Part shown: one piece after another, positions 1 to 8,508 of the stretch | Layout of the letters: each line of letters starts with the position of its first letter | Numbering within the stretch: the first letter of the stretch is position 1 | Source of the DNA: a virus | Lineage: Duplodnaviria > Caudoviricetes | Virus record (IMG/VR): IMGVR_UViG_3300027842_000016 | Span: 1 to 58,094 of that record | Direction: 5' to 3' (one strand) | Length of the DNA: 58,094 nucleotides | Notes under the pieces: generated by a model | What the model was told of the DNA's origin: nothing | Databases searched by the model: none | Seen by the model: the letters and a program-made list of their open reading frames with translations, nothing else | Position numbers and translations under genes: made by a program

Positions 1-150
1 CGGAGAAATTTCTCTCGATCTATTGAAGCGACTACCAGGGGTTACTTGGTGGATTAACCGAACAAAGATGTTGGCTCACGTCCATAAGAGCGTTAAGACT
101 ATCTTCGGTCGAGTTATCCCTCTCCCGGATATTGATTCCCGAAACATCTA
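1..150. repeat. Terminal direct repeat (assembly overlap), copy 1
   Basis: 1-150 matches 57944-58094 except for one missing G (tattgaagcg vs tattggaagcg); indicates a circular or permuted complete genome. Confidence 0.97.
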
Positions 151-418
151 CGACAGGATGCACGCCGAGAGGACGGCAGTCAACTACATCATCCAGGGCG
201 GAGAGGCCGACATCATAAAGATGGGTATGCTTCAGGTGCGAGACAAAGGCTACATGCCGATCCTTCAAGTCCACGATGAGTTACACTTTGAAGTGTCACC
301 GAACGATGTCATTACGGCTTCCAAGGTGATCAAAGAGACGTTGGAAAACATCGTCAAGCTCGACATCCCCATTCTGGCGAACGGCGGGGCCGGGCGAAAT
401 TGGTTCGAGGCGAAATAA
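1..418 (+). CDS. polA: DNA polymerase family A, C-terminal part
   Basis: AERTAVNYIIQGGEADIIK and motif C ILQVHDEL, ends GRNWFEAK; joins the 56551 ORF through the terminal repeat. Confidence 0.95.
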   Translation, partial: GEISLDLLKRLPGVTWWINRTKMLAHVHKSVKTIFGRVIPLPDIDSRNIYDRMHAERTAVNYIIQGGEADIIKMGMLQVRDKGYMPILQVHDELHFEVSPNDVITASKVIKETLENIVKLDIPILANGGAGRNWFEAK

Positions 419-894
419 TGAAAAGCACACAAAAAGGAAACCAGTACGAGCGCGAGACGAGGGACATCCTACTTCGTGAGAAATGGATTGTGGAGGGTCA
501 GCACAGGAAGATTCTCTACATCAAGGACAAGTACACCGGGCAGATGAAGCTCATCATGGCGGGCCGGGACATCTTCGGCTGCGACCTTATTGCCAAGAAA
601 AACGGCTTCAAGACCAGGTACATTCAGGTCAGCACAGTCCCGCAGAAATCTGTGAAGGAGAAGCAAATCTTGGGCTTCCCGATCAACCTCGAATATGAGG
701 ACTATGAGTTGTGGCTGCGCGTGCATGGGAAGCGGGAGTTCCGGGTGTTCAAGCTCGTGTTCAACGACCGGGCCGGTGAGTATTACTTCGCGGAGACGGA
801 GACAAAGCACGTCAAAGGAGACGAGAATGAAATCGAGTACCCCGAAGGGCTTGAAGGACTTGAGAAAAAAGTGGTGGAAGGCGACGCTCGCTGA
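418..894 (+). CDS. Holliday junction resolvase-like PD-(D/E)XK nuclease (Hjc type)
   Basis: KGNQYERE...GCDLIAKK...YIQVS pattern; ATG overlaps the PolA stop. Confidence 0.7.
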   Translation: MKSTQKGNQYERETRDILLREKWIVEGQHRKILYIKDKYTGQMKLIMAGRDIFGCDLIAKKNGFKTRYIQVSTVPQKSVKEKQILGFPINLEYEDYELWLRVHGKREFRVFKLVFNDRAGEYYFAETETKHVKGDENEIEYPEGLEGLEKKVVEGDAR

Positions 895-1114
895 CGTAAA
901 GAGGCTTGGGTTGCCGCCACCCAATCACGACTATGGCTGGTCATGGCCGGTCCTGAAAGCAGCACTGACAGAGGAAGAGTTCCACAAATTTTCTGACTGG
1001 ATGAATGGTCAGACCCAGATGCTCGACGAGAAGCTGTGGCCAATCGCGTACACTCATGATGTGATCCGAGGAATAGACTTGATCCGAAATAAAGTCCCAA
1101 CGTACTGGGACTAA
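827..1114 (+). CDS. Hypothetical protein
   Basis: ATG after AAGGAG within track ORF 695-1114. Confidence 0.6.
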   Translation: MKSSTPKGLKDLRKKWWKATLADVKRLGLPPPNHDYGWSWPVLKAALTEEEFHKFSDWMNGQTQMLDEKLWPIAYTHDVIRGIDLIRNKVPTYWD

Positions 1115-1122
1115 GGAGCCTT

Positions 1123-1899
1123 ATGACAAACCAACTCAAGATACTATGCCTCGACATCGAGAATTTCCCCTGCCTGGTTTATAGCTGGGAGCTGGGAGAG
1201 GTTCGCTTGCCGCTCGACTTCCTGAAACGCGACTGGACCATTTGTGCATGGGCCGCCAAGTGGATGGACAATGACAAGATTTTCTACATGGACAACCGTG
1301 GTAGAAGGAACGTCTACAATGACAAGAAACTCGTAAAAGGCCTGATTAAGCTCATCAACCAGGCGGATGTGGTTATCGGTCAGAACATCAACCACTTCGA
1401 CCTGCGAAAGGTGGCCGCCAGGGCTACGTTCCACAAAATGAAACCGTTTAAGCCAGTGAAGGTGATTGACATCCTCACTGAGGAGCGGCGCGTGTTCGCA
1501 TTCACGTCGCACAAGCTCGCCTACAAGACCCGGATGAACAAGAACTACCAGAAGCTCGACCACAAGGAGTTCCCCGGCTTCGATCTGTGGGAAGGTTGTA
1601 TGGAGAACAAGCTTTCGGCCTGGAAAGCGATGGCTGAATACTGCATCCATGACGTTCTGTCCACTGCCGAGCACTACAACGACATCAAGGGCTGGATCAG
1701 GACGCCACATGCCACCGTGGCCGATGGAAAGACACGCTGCAAGTGCGGAAGCACGAATCTGAAGCCAAAAGGCTTTGCCAGGACCGATGCCGGTAAGTTC
1801 CAGATTTACCAATGCCGAGACTGCGGAAAATGGCCCAGGAGTCCAATAAATCTCTTGACAAAAGGACAAAAATCTGTTAGACTAAGGGAGGCCCAATGA
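1123..1899 (+). CDS. DEDD/RNase H-like 3'-5' exonuclease with C-terminal zinc ribbon
   Basis: LDIEN, GQNINHFDL, YCIHDV; C-terminal CKCGS...CRDCG. Confidence 0.85.
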   Translation: MTNQLKILCLDIENFPCLVYSWELGEVRLPLDFLKRDWTICAWAAKWMDNDKIFYMDNRGRRNVYNDKKLVKGLIKLINQADVVIGQNINHFDLRKVAARATFHKMKPFKPVKVIDILTEERRVFAFTSHKLAYKTRMNKNYQKLDHKEFPGFDLWEGCMENKLSAWKAMAEYCIHDVLSTAEHYNDIKGWIRTPHATVADGKTRCKCGSTNLKPKGFARTDAGKFQIYQCRDCGKWPRSPINLLTKGQKSVRLREAQ

Positions 1900-2918
1900 G
1901 GTTGCATAGTTACCCTTCGATTTACTCGTTTGGACATCGAGTAGTGAAGGACATCTTAAAAGACCCGGTGTACGTCCAGGAGAAAGTCGATGGTTCACAG
2001 TTCTCATTCGGCCTCGATGAAGAAGGAAACGTCATTACTCGCTCGAAGGGGGCTGACATCTATGCAGAGACTGCCGACAAGCTGTTCAAAGCAGCCGTGG
2101 AGTACGTTCATTCGATCAAGGATAAACTCACCCCAGGGTATACGTATCGTGGTGAGGTGCTTTGTCGTCCTCGACATAACACTCTTGCTTATGATCGCGT
2201 ACCGCGTCATAATGTCGTGATTTTTGACGTGAACACGGGCGAGGAATGCTACATGCCTTACTCGGAAGTGGTACAGGAAGCCGCCCGGCTCGACCTTGAG
2301 GTAGTTCCTCTGCTTCACGCCGGGATAGTCAGCTCTGTGGAGCAGTTTCAAGAGATTCTTAAGACCATGAGCTTCCTAGGTGGCCAGAAGATTGAGGGAG
2401 TGGTGGTGAAGCCTATCGGATACAATCAGTTCGGGATCGACAAGAAGGCGCTCATGGCTAAGTACGTTTCCGAGGAGTTTAAGGAGGTTCATGGTGGGAA
2501 CTGGAAGCAAAGCAATCCGTCGAACAACGAGGTCGTCGAGAAGGTGGCTCTCTTATACAAAACTCCTGCGCGATGGAACAAGGCTATACAGCATCTTCGT
2601 GAGGCTGGACAGATCGAGGACTCCCCGCGAGACATCGGCAAAATACTCGCGGAAATCCAAAAGGACACTCTTAAAGAGTGTGAAAATGAGATTAAAGAGG
2701 AGCTATTTAAGGCCGCTTGGCCGAAAATTGGAAGAATCCTTATTGCGGGATTTCCAGAGTGGTATAAAGAGCAGCTTCTGAAGAAGCAATTCGAGGAGAC
2801 GCCATGCGAGAACCAAGACAACGCTGCACCAAGTGCAAGCGACCAACAAGCCCAGCCCACACAGTCAATGGAGAGTGTCGGCGCTGCCGGAGGCCAAAAT
2901 GAAAGTAATATTTCTTGA
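1896..2918 (+). CDS. ATP-dependent RNA ligase (Rnl2-like)
   Basis: Motif I QEKVDGSQFSF, YRGEVL, IFDV, VVPLL, EGVVVK, AKYVSEEFKE. Confidence 0.85.
   Translation: MRLHSYPSIYSFGHRVVKDILKDPVYVQEKVDGSQFSFGLDEEGNVITRSKGADIYAETADKLFKAAVEYVHSIKDKLTPGYTYRGEVLCRPRHNTLAYDRVPRHNVVIFDVNTGEECYMPYSEVVQEAARLDLEVVPLLHAGIVSSVEQFQEILKTMSFLGGQKIEGVVVKPIGYNQFGIDKKALMAKYVSEEFKEVHGGNWKQSNPSNNEVVEKVALLYKTPARWNKAIQHLREAGQIEDSPRDIGKILAEIQKDTLKECENEIKEELFKAAWPKIGRILIAGFPEWYKEQLLKKQFEETPCENQDNAAPSASDQQAQPTQSMESVGAAGGQNESNIS
2804..2902 (+). CDS. Small CxxC...CxxC protein nested in the ligase 3' end
   Basis: GAGGAG RBS; MREPRQRCTKCKRP...ECRRCRRPK; its stop overlaps the next ATG. Confidence 0.45.
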   Translation: MREPRQRCTKCKRPTSPAHTVNGECRRCRRPK

Positions 2919-3390
2919 CTTTGACGGAGTGCTCAATTCGGAAGCCAGTGTCCGATGCGAGCAGAGACGCAAGAGCCAGCGAATCCAGGACATGCTGTCC
3001 CCCATCGCTTGCTCGAACTTGCAGTACATCCTTGAGCAGGACTCAAGCATCCGCTTGATCATCTCCTCTACGTGGAGGGCACTGCACACGAAGGTTGAGA
3101 TGCAGAACATCCTCAACAACTACGGCGTGGAGGCGGCCCGCATCATTGGCTACACGCCGCGCACGATGAGCGGCGACCGGGCGCACGAGATCAACCTCTC
3201 TCTTGAGGAGTGGCCCAACATCACCAAGTTCGTGATCCTGGATGACGACCCGGACGTGCTGAACGTGAAGGACCCTCGCGGCCATGTGTTCATGACCGAC
3301 TCACAGGATGGGTTGCTGCTTAAACAGGCTCGACAGATCATAAAGCTGTTCAAGGAGGTAGCCGATGTCGGACAAAGTGGAAGTAAATAG
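2899..3390 (+). CDS. HAD phosphatase, Swiss-Army-Knife RNA-repair type (HAD_SAK-like)
   Basis: VIFLDFDGVLN, ISSTWR, FVILDDD; adjacent to the RNA ligase. Confidence 0.8.
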   Translation: MKVIFLDFDGVLNSEASVRCEQRRKSQRIQDMLSPIACSNLQYILEQDSSIRLIISSTWRALHTKVEMQNILNNYGVEAARIIGYTPRTMSGDRAHEINLSLEEWPNITKFVILDDDPDVLNVKDPRGHVFMTDSQDGLLLKQARQIIKLFKEVADVGQSGSK

Positions 3391-3568
3391 TGGCATGGGT
3401 CTGGCCAGCTGGCTGACCGTCATTTTCGTCATTGCCAAGCTCGCCAAGGTCATAAACTGGTCATGGTGGCTCGTATTCGCGCCGGTCATAGTCAGCACGG
3501 CCATTGGGCTGACTATCCTTGCCGTGACGATGGTGGTGGCAGGTGTAGTCTACCTGAAAACACGATGA
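3365..3568 (+). CDS. Small membrane protein
   Basis: Two hydrophobic segments, INWSWWLVFAP. Confidence 0.7.
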   Translation: MSDKVEVNSGMGLASWLTVIFVIAKLAKVINWSWWLVFAPVIVSTAIGLTILAVTMVVAGVVYLKTR

Positions 3569-3783
3569 ACGGGCCTTTCTTCAAAGAAGCTGCCTATTCG
3601 AGTCTCGACGCGGACTTGAAAGAGATGATTCGTGTGAACCAGGCTGAGGCCGCCGAGGCGGTCCTGCTTCAGATGCTCAGGATCATGCGCGGAAGGCCCT
3701 TCAATGTGGAACTTCAGCCAAAATCTGAGGGCCACTGGTCGGCGGATGGCAAGAAGTGGTTGCCAAAGGCCCCAGGCACATGA
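3565..3783 (+). CDS. Hypothetical protein
   Basis: ATGA overlaps with both neighbours. Confidence 0.5.
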   Translation: MNGPFFKEAAYSSLDADLKEMIRVNQAEAAEAVLLQMLRIMRGRPFNVELQPKSEGHWSADGKKWLPKAPGT

Positions 3784-3945
3784 AAATTCACCCTGTTGTA
3801 CACATGACATGGGTCAGCGCCGTCATCGCATGGCTCATGCGTATGGAATTCATTAGCGACACCATCGAAAAGTTCTATGACCGCACCGCATGGTTGCGGG
3901 ACCTCCTTCACTGGGGTGATAAGAAAAAGAAAAGGAGGAAATGAC

Positions 3946-4746
3946 ATGGAATTTCTAAAGAAACTTTGGACCGTTGCCTACTTCGGGCTGTCAATCGTTG
4001 CCGGAGCGTATTTCACCTACAAATACGTTCACGCGACTTGGGCGATAAGTCATGTGCAGCACCAGCCCCTCGTTCGTCGGCCCGGCTACCCGATAGTGGC
4101 CAAGAACATCGAGAACACCAAGAAGTACACTACCCTCGTCAGCCTCGAAGGGTTCGAGGGCGGATACCGTGGCACTGGTATTCTAATCGACTCCATGACC
4201 GTACTGACCTGCTATCACATGGTTCACTCACTCGACGACGATGAATGGATTTATGTGTACCCCGGTAAGCGGGTCGTGAAGGCCCACCCCGACGCAGGTG
4301 ACCGAGAGCATGACCTGGCTGTGTTGAAGTTGGAAGAGCCGGTGCAGCTTGACCACTATGCCGTGTTCAATACTACGACGACCGTGGGTGAGCCGATCAC
4401 CGTCGTTGGCAATATGCTCGGCGCAATGAGGTGGATGGTGACTTACGGTGTGGTTGGCGGCTACGAGGGGAACTACATTCTGACTGACGCCCTGATTCAT
4501 GGCGGAAACAGCGGCGGCCCTTGGATCAACGACAAAGGTGAAGTGGTAGCCATCACAAATTGGGGATTAGACAGCGCAGGACATCAGGAGCTGGGCGTGA
4601 GCGGCGGGATGCGGGCCAGCGTGATCGTTGAGTTCATTGACAATTACCAACACCCGGAAAAAATGTGGAAGAGGTTGTTTGAAGCCCTCTTCGGCAAGCC
4701 CAAACCACATAAGAAGCCGCATCATCCAAAAGGACCGAAGAAATGA
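3946..4746 (+). CDS. Membrane-anchored trypsin-like (S1) serine protease
   Basis: N-terminal TM helix; catalytic triad LTCYHMV / HDLAVL / GGNSGGP. Confidence 0.88.
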   Translation: MEFLKKLWTVAYFGLSIVAGAYFTYKYVHATWAISHVQHQPLVRRPGYPIVAKNIENTKKYTTLVSLEGFEGGYRGTGILIDSMTVLTCYHMVHSLDDDEWIYVYPGKRVVKAHPDAGDREHDLAVLKLEEPVQLDHYAVFNTTTTVGEPITVVGNMLGAMRWMVTYGVVGGYEGNYILTDALIHGGNSGGPWINDKGEVVAITNWGLDSAGHQELGVSGGMRASVIVEFIDNYQHPEKMWKRLFEALFGKPKPHKKPHHPKGPKK

Positions 4747-5036
4747 CCATCACAGAGATGATGACAGAGGCCCATCAGACTGCCATCGAGCATGGATGGT
4801 GGGAGCAGGACCGAAATAACTACGAGCTTATTGCGCTCATGCACTCTGAACTAAGCGAAGCGCTAGAAGCGTATCGTAAGGGGGATGAGGGTCATGTCGT
4901 GGAAGAGTTCGCTGACGTTCTTATTCGTGTATTTGATATGTGCGCTGCTCGCGGGATGGACCTTGAAAGAGCAGTTGAAGAAAAAATGGCCTTCAATAAA
5001 ACAAGACCCTATCGTCACGGAGGTAAACGCGCATGA
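4743..5036 (+). CDS. MazG-like nucleotide pyrophosphohydrolase
   Basis: LMHSELSEALEA...EEFADVLIR...KMAFNKTRPYRHGGK. Confidence 0.85.
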   Translation: MTITEMMTEAHQTAIEHGWWEQDRNNYELIALMHSELSEALEAYRKGDEGHVVEEFADVLIRVFDMCAARGMDLERAVEEKMAFNKTRPYRHGGKRA

Positions 5037-5251
5037 TGGGAAAAACTGCACGAGCACGGGAATGGTTTCAGAGAGTGACCCTACGTGGAATCGAGGGGAT
5101 TATAGCGGATGCGTATCTACAGGATGTGTCTGTGGGCAATGACGTGTCCGTACTGGATGACTACTTCAATGCAAAATACATGGCCGAGCAGGTCTATGCA
5201 CAGTGCTGCGGGTGGGGTATGCAAGTCGGGCGAGTGGGAGCCGGACGGTGA
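5033..5251 (+). CDS. Hypothetical protein
   Basis: Coupled ORF in the operon. Confidence 0.5.
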   Translation: MMGKTARAREWFQRVTLRGIEGIIADAYLQDVSVGNDVSVLDDYFNAKYMAEQVYAQCCGWGMQVGRVGAGR

Positions 5252-5283
5252 GCCAGTCGAAGAAGTCGAGTCCATCGAAGAGG

Positions 5284-5487
5284 ATGAAGAGTGAACTGGC
5301 CGTCAAGGCCCTTCAGTGCATACAAACTATCGCTGAAGAGCATTGTCCCGGACCAAGCAATCATAAAGATGACTGCATATTCTGCTTCATCTTCGAGATT
5401 GCCCATGCCGGTTCATCGCCATCATGTCGAGACAGTCATCCCGATTGGGAAGGAAAGGTTTTAAAACTTCATGAAACTCTACGTTGA
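5284..5487 (+). CDS. Hypothetical Cys/His-rich protein
   Basis: ORF within track ORF 5203-5487. Confidence 0.45.
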   Translation: MKSELAVKALQCIQTIAEEHCPGPSNHKDDCIFCFIFEIAHAGSSPSCRDSHPDWEGKVLKLHETLR

Positions 5488-5839
5488 CGATCTAAGGAGA
5501 TGCCCCGATGGCTGGAAGCTTGCGCGAACGATTACTGATGCAATTAGCCTCCTCTATCGAGGCTTCGTCCATGAAATCTCGCTCGACCACGACATTGTGT
5601 TTGTGTGGGGAACAGATATTCGTATGCACAAGGAAAGCTTCATGTCCGTCTGCATGTACATGTGCGATATGCCAGTCGATAAGCGACCAGAGAAAGTCAG
5701 GATTCACACCGCAAATGTGGATGCCGGTTGGAAGATGCATGATATGCTCCGGGACGCGGGTTACAAAGATATTACTCTCGTCCCTCTAGGCGATAACGTA
5801 CTCCAAGAGGACGTTGAGAACCTGAAGAAGGAGCTATGA
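5471..5839 (+). CDS. Cyclic-phosphate-processing receiver (cREC) domain protein
   Basis: KLYVDDLRRCPDGW..AR, ISLDHD, IHTAN motifs. Confidence 0.75.
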   Translation: MKLYVDDLRRCPDGWKLARTITDAISLLYRGFVHEISLDHDIVFVWGTDIRMHKESFMSVCMYMCDMPVDKRPEKVRIHTANVDAGWKMHDMLRDAGYKDITLVPLGDNVLQEDVENLKKEL

Positions 5840-6126
5840 GAGTTTACGCACTCGACGAGAACCTGATCTGCACCTGTGGGCACAAATGGGAGGAGCATCA
5901 TCACGGTTGCGTGATGAACCCAGAGTATTTTGACTACCCACTTACGATCCAGGGACTGATCGCACAAGAGTGTGAGCACAACCAAGTCAATGGCGAATAT
6001 TTCATGAACAAAGGGGATAAGAAGTATTGCAAGTGCCCCGGCTTCAAGCCTCGCGCTCGCAACGTTCAGAAGCTCGTGGACGAATGGAACAAAAATCATG
6101 ATATGAAAAGGAAGAACAATGGTTGA
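5836..6126 (+). CDS. Hypothetical Cys/His-rich protein
   Basis: CTCGH...CKCPGF; GGAG RBS. Confidence 0.65.
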   Translation: MRVYALDENLICTCGHKWEEHHHGCVMNPEYFDYPLTIQGLIAQECEHNQVNGEYFMNKGDKKYCKCPGFKPRARNVQKLVDEWNKNHDMKRKNNG

Positions 6127-6469
6127 TGATAACGACATAATCCCATTGCCATCAGATGTCCCAACTCCCACGGAAGGCGGACTATTAAATGAAGCAGAAC
6201 AGACTCTTCAAGCTGCCGCCAACGCAGCTGAGAACGTGGTTGGCAAAATTACGATGGTGGCAGTGGCTTCTAGTGACGTTGCTGCCTGGGGGTATGATCC
6301 TGTTGGCTATAAGCTACAGATTCAGTTCACTAATAACCGAATCTACCTCTACGAGAACATCTCGCCAACCGAGTTCGAGCAGTTGACGCTTTCTCCCTCG
6401 AAGGGAAAAGCATTCTGGGCACTGATCCGAAGAAATCCTGTGGGTCATCCCTTCACGAGGTTACAATAA
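6119..6469 (+). CDS. KTSC domain protein
   Basis: VASSDVAAWGYD...LQIQF...YLYENI...SPSKGKAFWALIR. Confidence 0.8.
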   Translation: MVDDNDIIPLPSDVPTPTEGGLLNEAEQTLQAAANAAENVVGKITMVAVASSDVAAWGYDPVGYKLQIQFTNNRIYLYENISPTEFEQLTLSPSKGKAFWALIRRNPVGHPFTRLQ

Positions 6470-6687
6470 TGCTTAAACCAGAGATTCATGTCGAGCTGAA
6501 TTTGAAAGGTGCAGAGATGCGATGGAATGGAGGGACCGAGGTCCAGAAGTGCAAGCTCTATCCGGCGGTTGCATCTGGTTGGCTGCCTCTCGCGGAATGC
6601 GAGAGCATGTTGTTTAAGGTGGGAAGGCGCGAGTTCGCGGTCGTGATTGAGCGAGTCCGCAAGCCTAAGAGAGGGAAACGTGGCTGA
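6469..6687 (+). CDS. Hypothetical protein
   Basis: TAATG coupling. Confidence 0.55.
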   Translation: MLKPEIHVELNLKGAEMRWNGGTEVQKCKLYPAVASGWLPLAECESMLFKVGRREFAVVIERVRKPKRGKRG

Positions 6688-7393
6688 CTCTAAGAACGAC
6701 ATCACTAGCGAAGTAAGCACGACCGAGGTAGACATCGCCGAGGCGAAGAAGGTGCAGTTCGCCGAGAACCCGAACACCCGTCTGCCCCGCCCGGCCCAGG
6801 TGGCAGAGATTCAGTCCACCGGCCTTAACTCAGAGCTTGTGCAGCAGCTCAAGATGGGTCGTAAAGCGGCCATGTTCAGTGGGATGCTGCGCTGCATTCA
6901 GATCGTGGACGCCAACACGCCGCACGCCCACCACTGTATGTCACCTGTGGTCAACAATCTGACCACCAACGAGGCGCTGTGCACGCGGTGCACCAAGCAG
7001 CAGAACCCCGGTGTGGCTCAGCCGCGAGTCATAAACAGCTCCATGATCAGACTACCGGCCACGGACCTTCAGGAGCTTGGCCTCACAGAGGACCCGCTGT
7101 TTGGGAAGTTCAAGCCGGAAGGCGAAGCGCCAAAGAAATCTCGCCAAAATCCTGCCAAAGTGGCGGGATCGCCCAGGAGGGCCAAACACATGCCAGTACC
7201 TAATTCAGTAAAGATCGAGGTCACGATGTCCGACCTCAAGAGCAGCCCAAACCCGGCGGCCATCCTGCTTCAAAAGACATTGGACGCCATCTTCGAGCTT
7301 CCTGTCAAGAATTTTCGTGAGGCGGAAGAGATTCGCGTGGTAAAGGAGCGCGTAGAAACGCTTCTCAGCCAACAAGGAGAGACACCACAATGA
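6680..7393 (+). CDS. Hypothetical protein
   Basis: Long ORF; GTG start after GAGGG. Confidence 0.7.
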   Translation: MADSKNDITSEVSTTEVDIAEAKKVQFAENPNTRLPRPAQVAEIQSTGLNSELVQQLKMGRKAAMFSGMLRCIQIVDANTPHAHHCMSPVVNNLTTNEALCTRCTKQQNPGVAQPRVINSSMIRLPATDLQELGLTEDPLFGKFKPEGEAPKKSRQNPAKVAGSPRRAKHMPVPNSVKIEVTMSDLKSSPNPAAILLQKTLDAIFELPVKNFREAEEIRVVKERVETLLSQQGETPQ

Positions 7394-7839
7394 GAGAGAA
7401 CTATCTACACGGGCTGTTGAACCAGTTCCACGCCCGCTGCTCACAAGTCGAGAACAAACTACAAGGCCTCAACCATGTGCTTCAGGAGATCATCGGTAAA
7501 GAACTATTGCGCGGCCAGGCGCTGCACAAGGTCCTGATGGACAAGGGCATCTTTACCGACGAGGAATTGAAGGCTTCGCTTGAAAAGCTCATCGCCGAGT
7601 CCAAGGCCGACCTTGAGAAGATGGAGAAGGAAGCCGCTGAGGCCAAGGCGAAGGCCGTGGAGCTGCTCGTCCCTGCGGGCGCTAACACGAAGCCGCCTGT
7701 AGATGCTCCTGTTCCCGCACCGGCTGGTGAACCAACAGGTACACCACCAGCGGACACCGGCACGCCAGCTCCGGCTGAAGCGCCAGTTCAAACGACTCAG
7801 GAGGCTCCCAGTGCAGAACCCCCAGCAGCCAATGGATAG
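7390..7839 (+). CDS. Hypothetical coiled-coil protein with Pro/Ala-rich tail
   Basis: ORF with AGGAG RBS. Confidence 0.7.
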   Translation: MRENYLHGLLNQFHARCSQVENKLQGLNHVLQEIIGKELLRGQALHKVLMDKGIFTDEELKASLEKLIAESKADLEKMEKEAAEAKAKAVELLVPAGANTKPPVDAPVPAPAGEPTGTPPADTGTPAPAEAPVQTTQEAPSAEPPAANG

Positions 7840-8023
7840 ATGTAAGTGTTGGGGAACCACGAGAGTGGTCATCTCCATCGAGCACTGTCCCAGTATGCAG
7901 GGCAAGATTGGCAATGCGCTTGACAGCATCGTGCATTTTGCCATGAAGGATTCGCATCTTGACTCATTCGGGAAAGTTCAGATCAGTACAGCAACCTTCA
8001 CAAAGGCCGATGAGGTACAATAA
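7832..8023 (+). CDS. Hypothetical protein
   Basis: Fills the gap and is coupled to neighbours. Confidence 0.45.
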   Translation: MDRCKCWGTTRVVISIEHCPSMQGKIGNALDSIVHFAMKDSHLDSFGKVQISTATFTKADEVQ

Positions 8024-8508
8024 TGTCTTGTCCAGTTTGCCCCCTCAAACTAACCCAGGCAGTGTATCAGTGGTTCGATCAGGCGTGCGCGTCGTGTCAG
8101 AGGCACATGAAGCAGATGATGGCCGGGTTTAACGGAGTCCCTGTGGAACACAGGAAGGTGAAGGATACTTGGGACAACTCCGAGGCTTATGAGGATTGGA
8201 AATCCAGACTAATCCCAAGTGATACAGTTAGAGCGCAGCTAGACAAGAAGGGTGAGTACGTGGACCAGCGGTGCGACATCCGGGACATGAAGAGGGTCTG
8301 CGGGCTGCCGAAGTTCCTAGACCTTGAGCAGCAGGTGTTCACAGCCTGGATCGTAGAAGGAGAGAATAACGAGAGAATGCAGGAGGTTCTGGGGCTTACG
8401 TTTAGCCAGCTTTCACATGTCAAGACGGTGATCAAGATCAGGCTTCAAAAGCAAATGGCATACTACCACACCATCAAGAAGCTTGAAGAGGAGAATAAAG
8501 TTCGATGA
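8023..8508 (+). CDS. Putative transcription factor: N-terminal CxxC pairs plus sigma70 region-4-like HTH
   Basis: CPVC..CASC; LDLEQQVFTAWIVEGENNERMQEVLGLTFSQLSHVKTVIKIRL. Confidence 0.5.
   Translation: MSCPVCPLKLTQAVYQWFDQACASCQRHMKQMMAGFNGVPVEHRKVKDTWDNSEAYEDWKSRLIPSDTVRAQLDKKGEYVDQRCDIRDMKRVCGLPKFLDLEQQVFTAWIVEGENNERMQEVLGLTFSQLSHVKTVIKIRLQKQMAYYHTIKKLEEENKVR

Noticed and set aside
1-150. Biological terminal repeat of the virion DNA
   Set aside because: It falls mid-polA and is about one read long, so an assembly overlap is the simpler explanation
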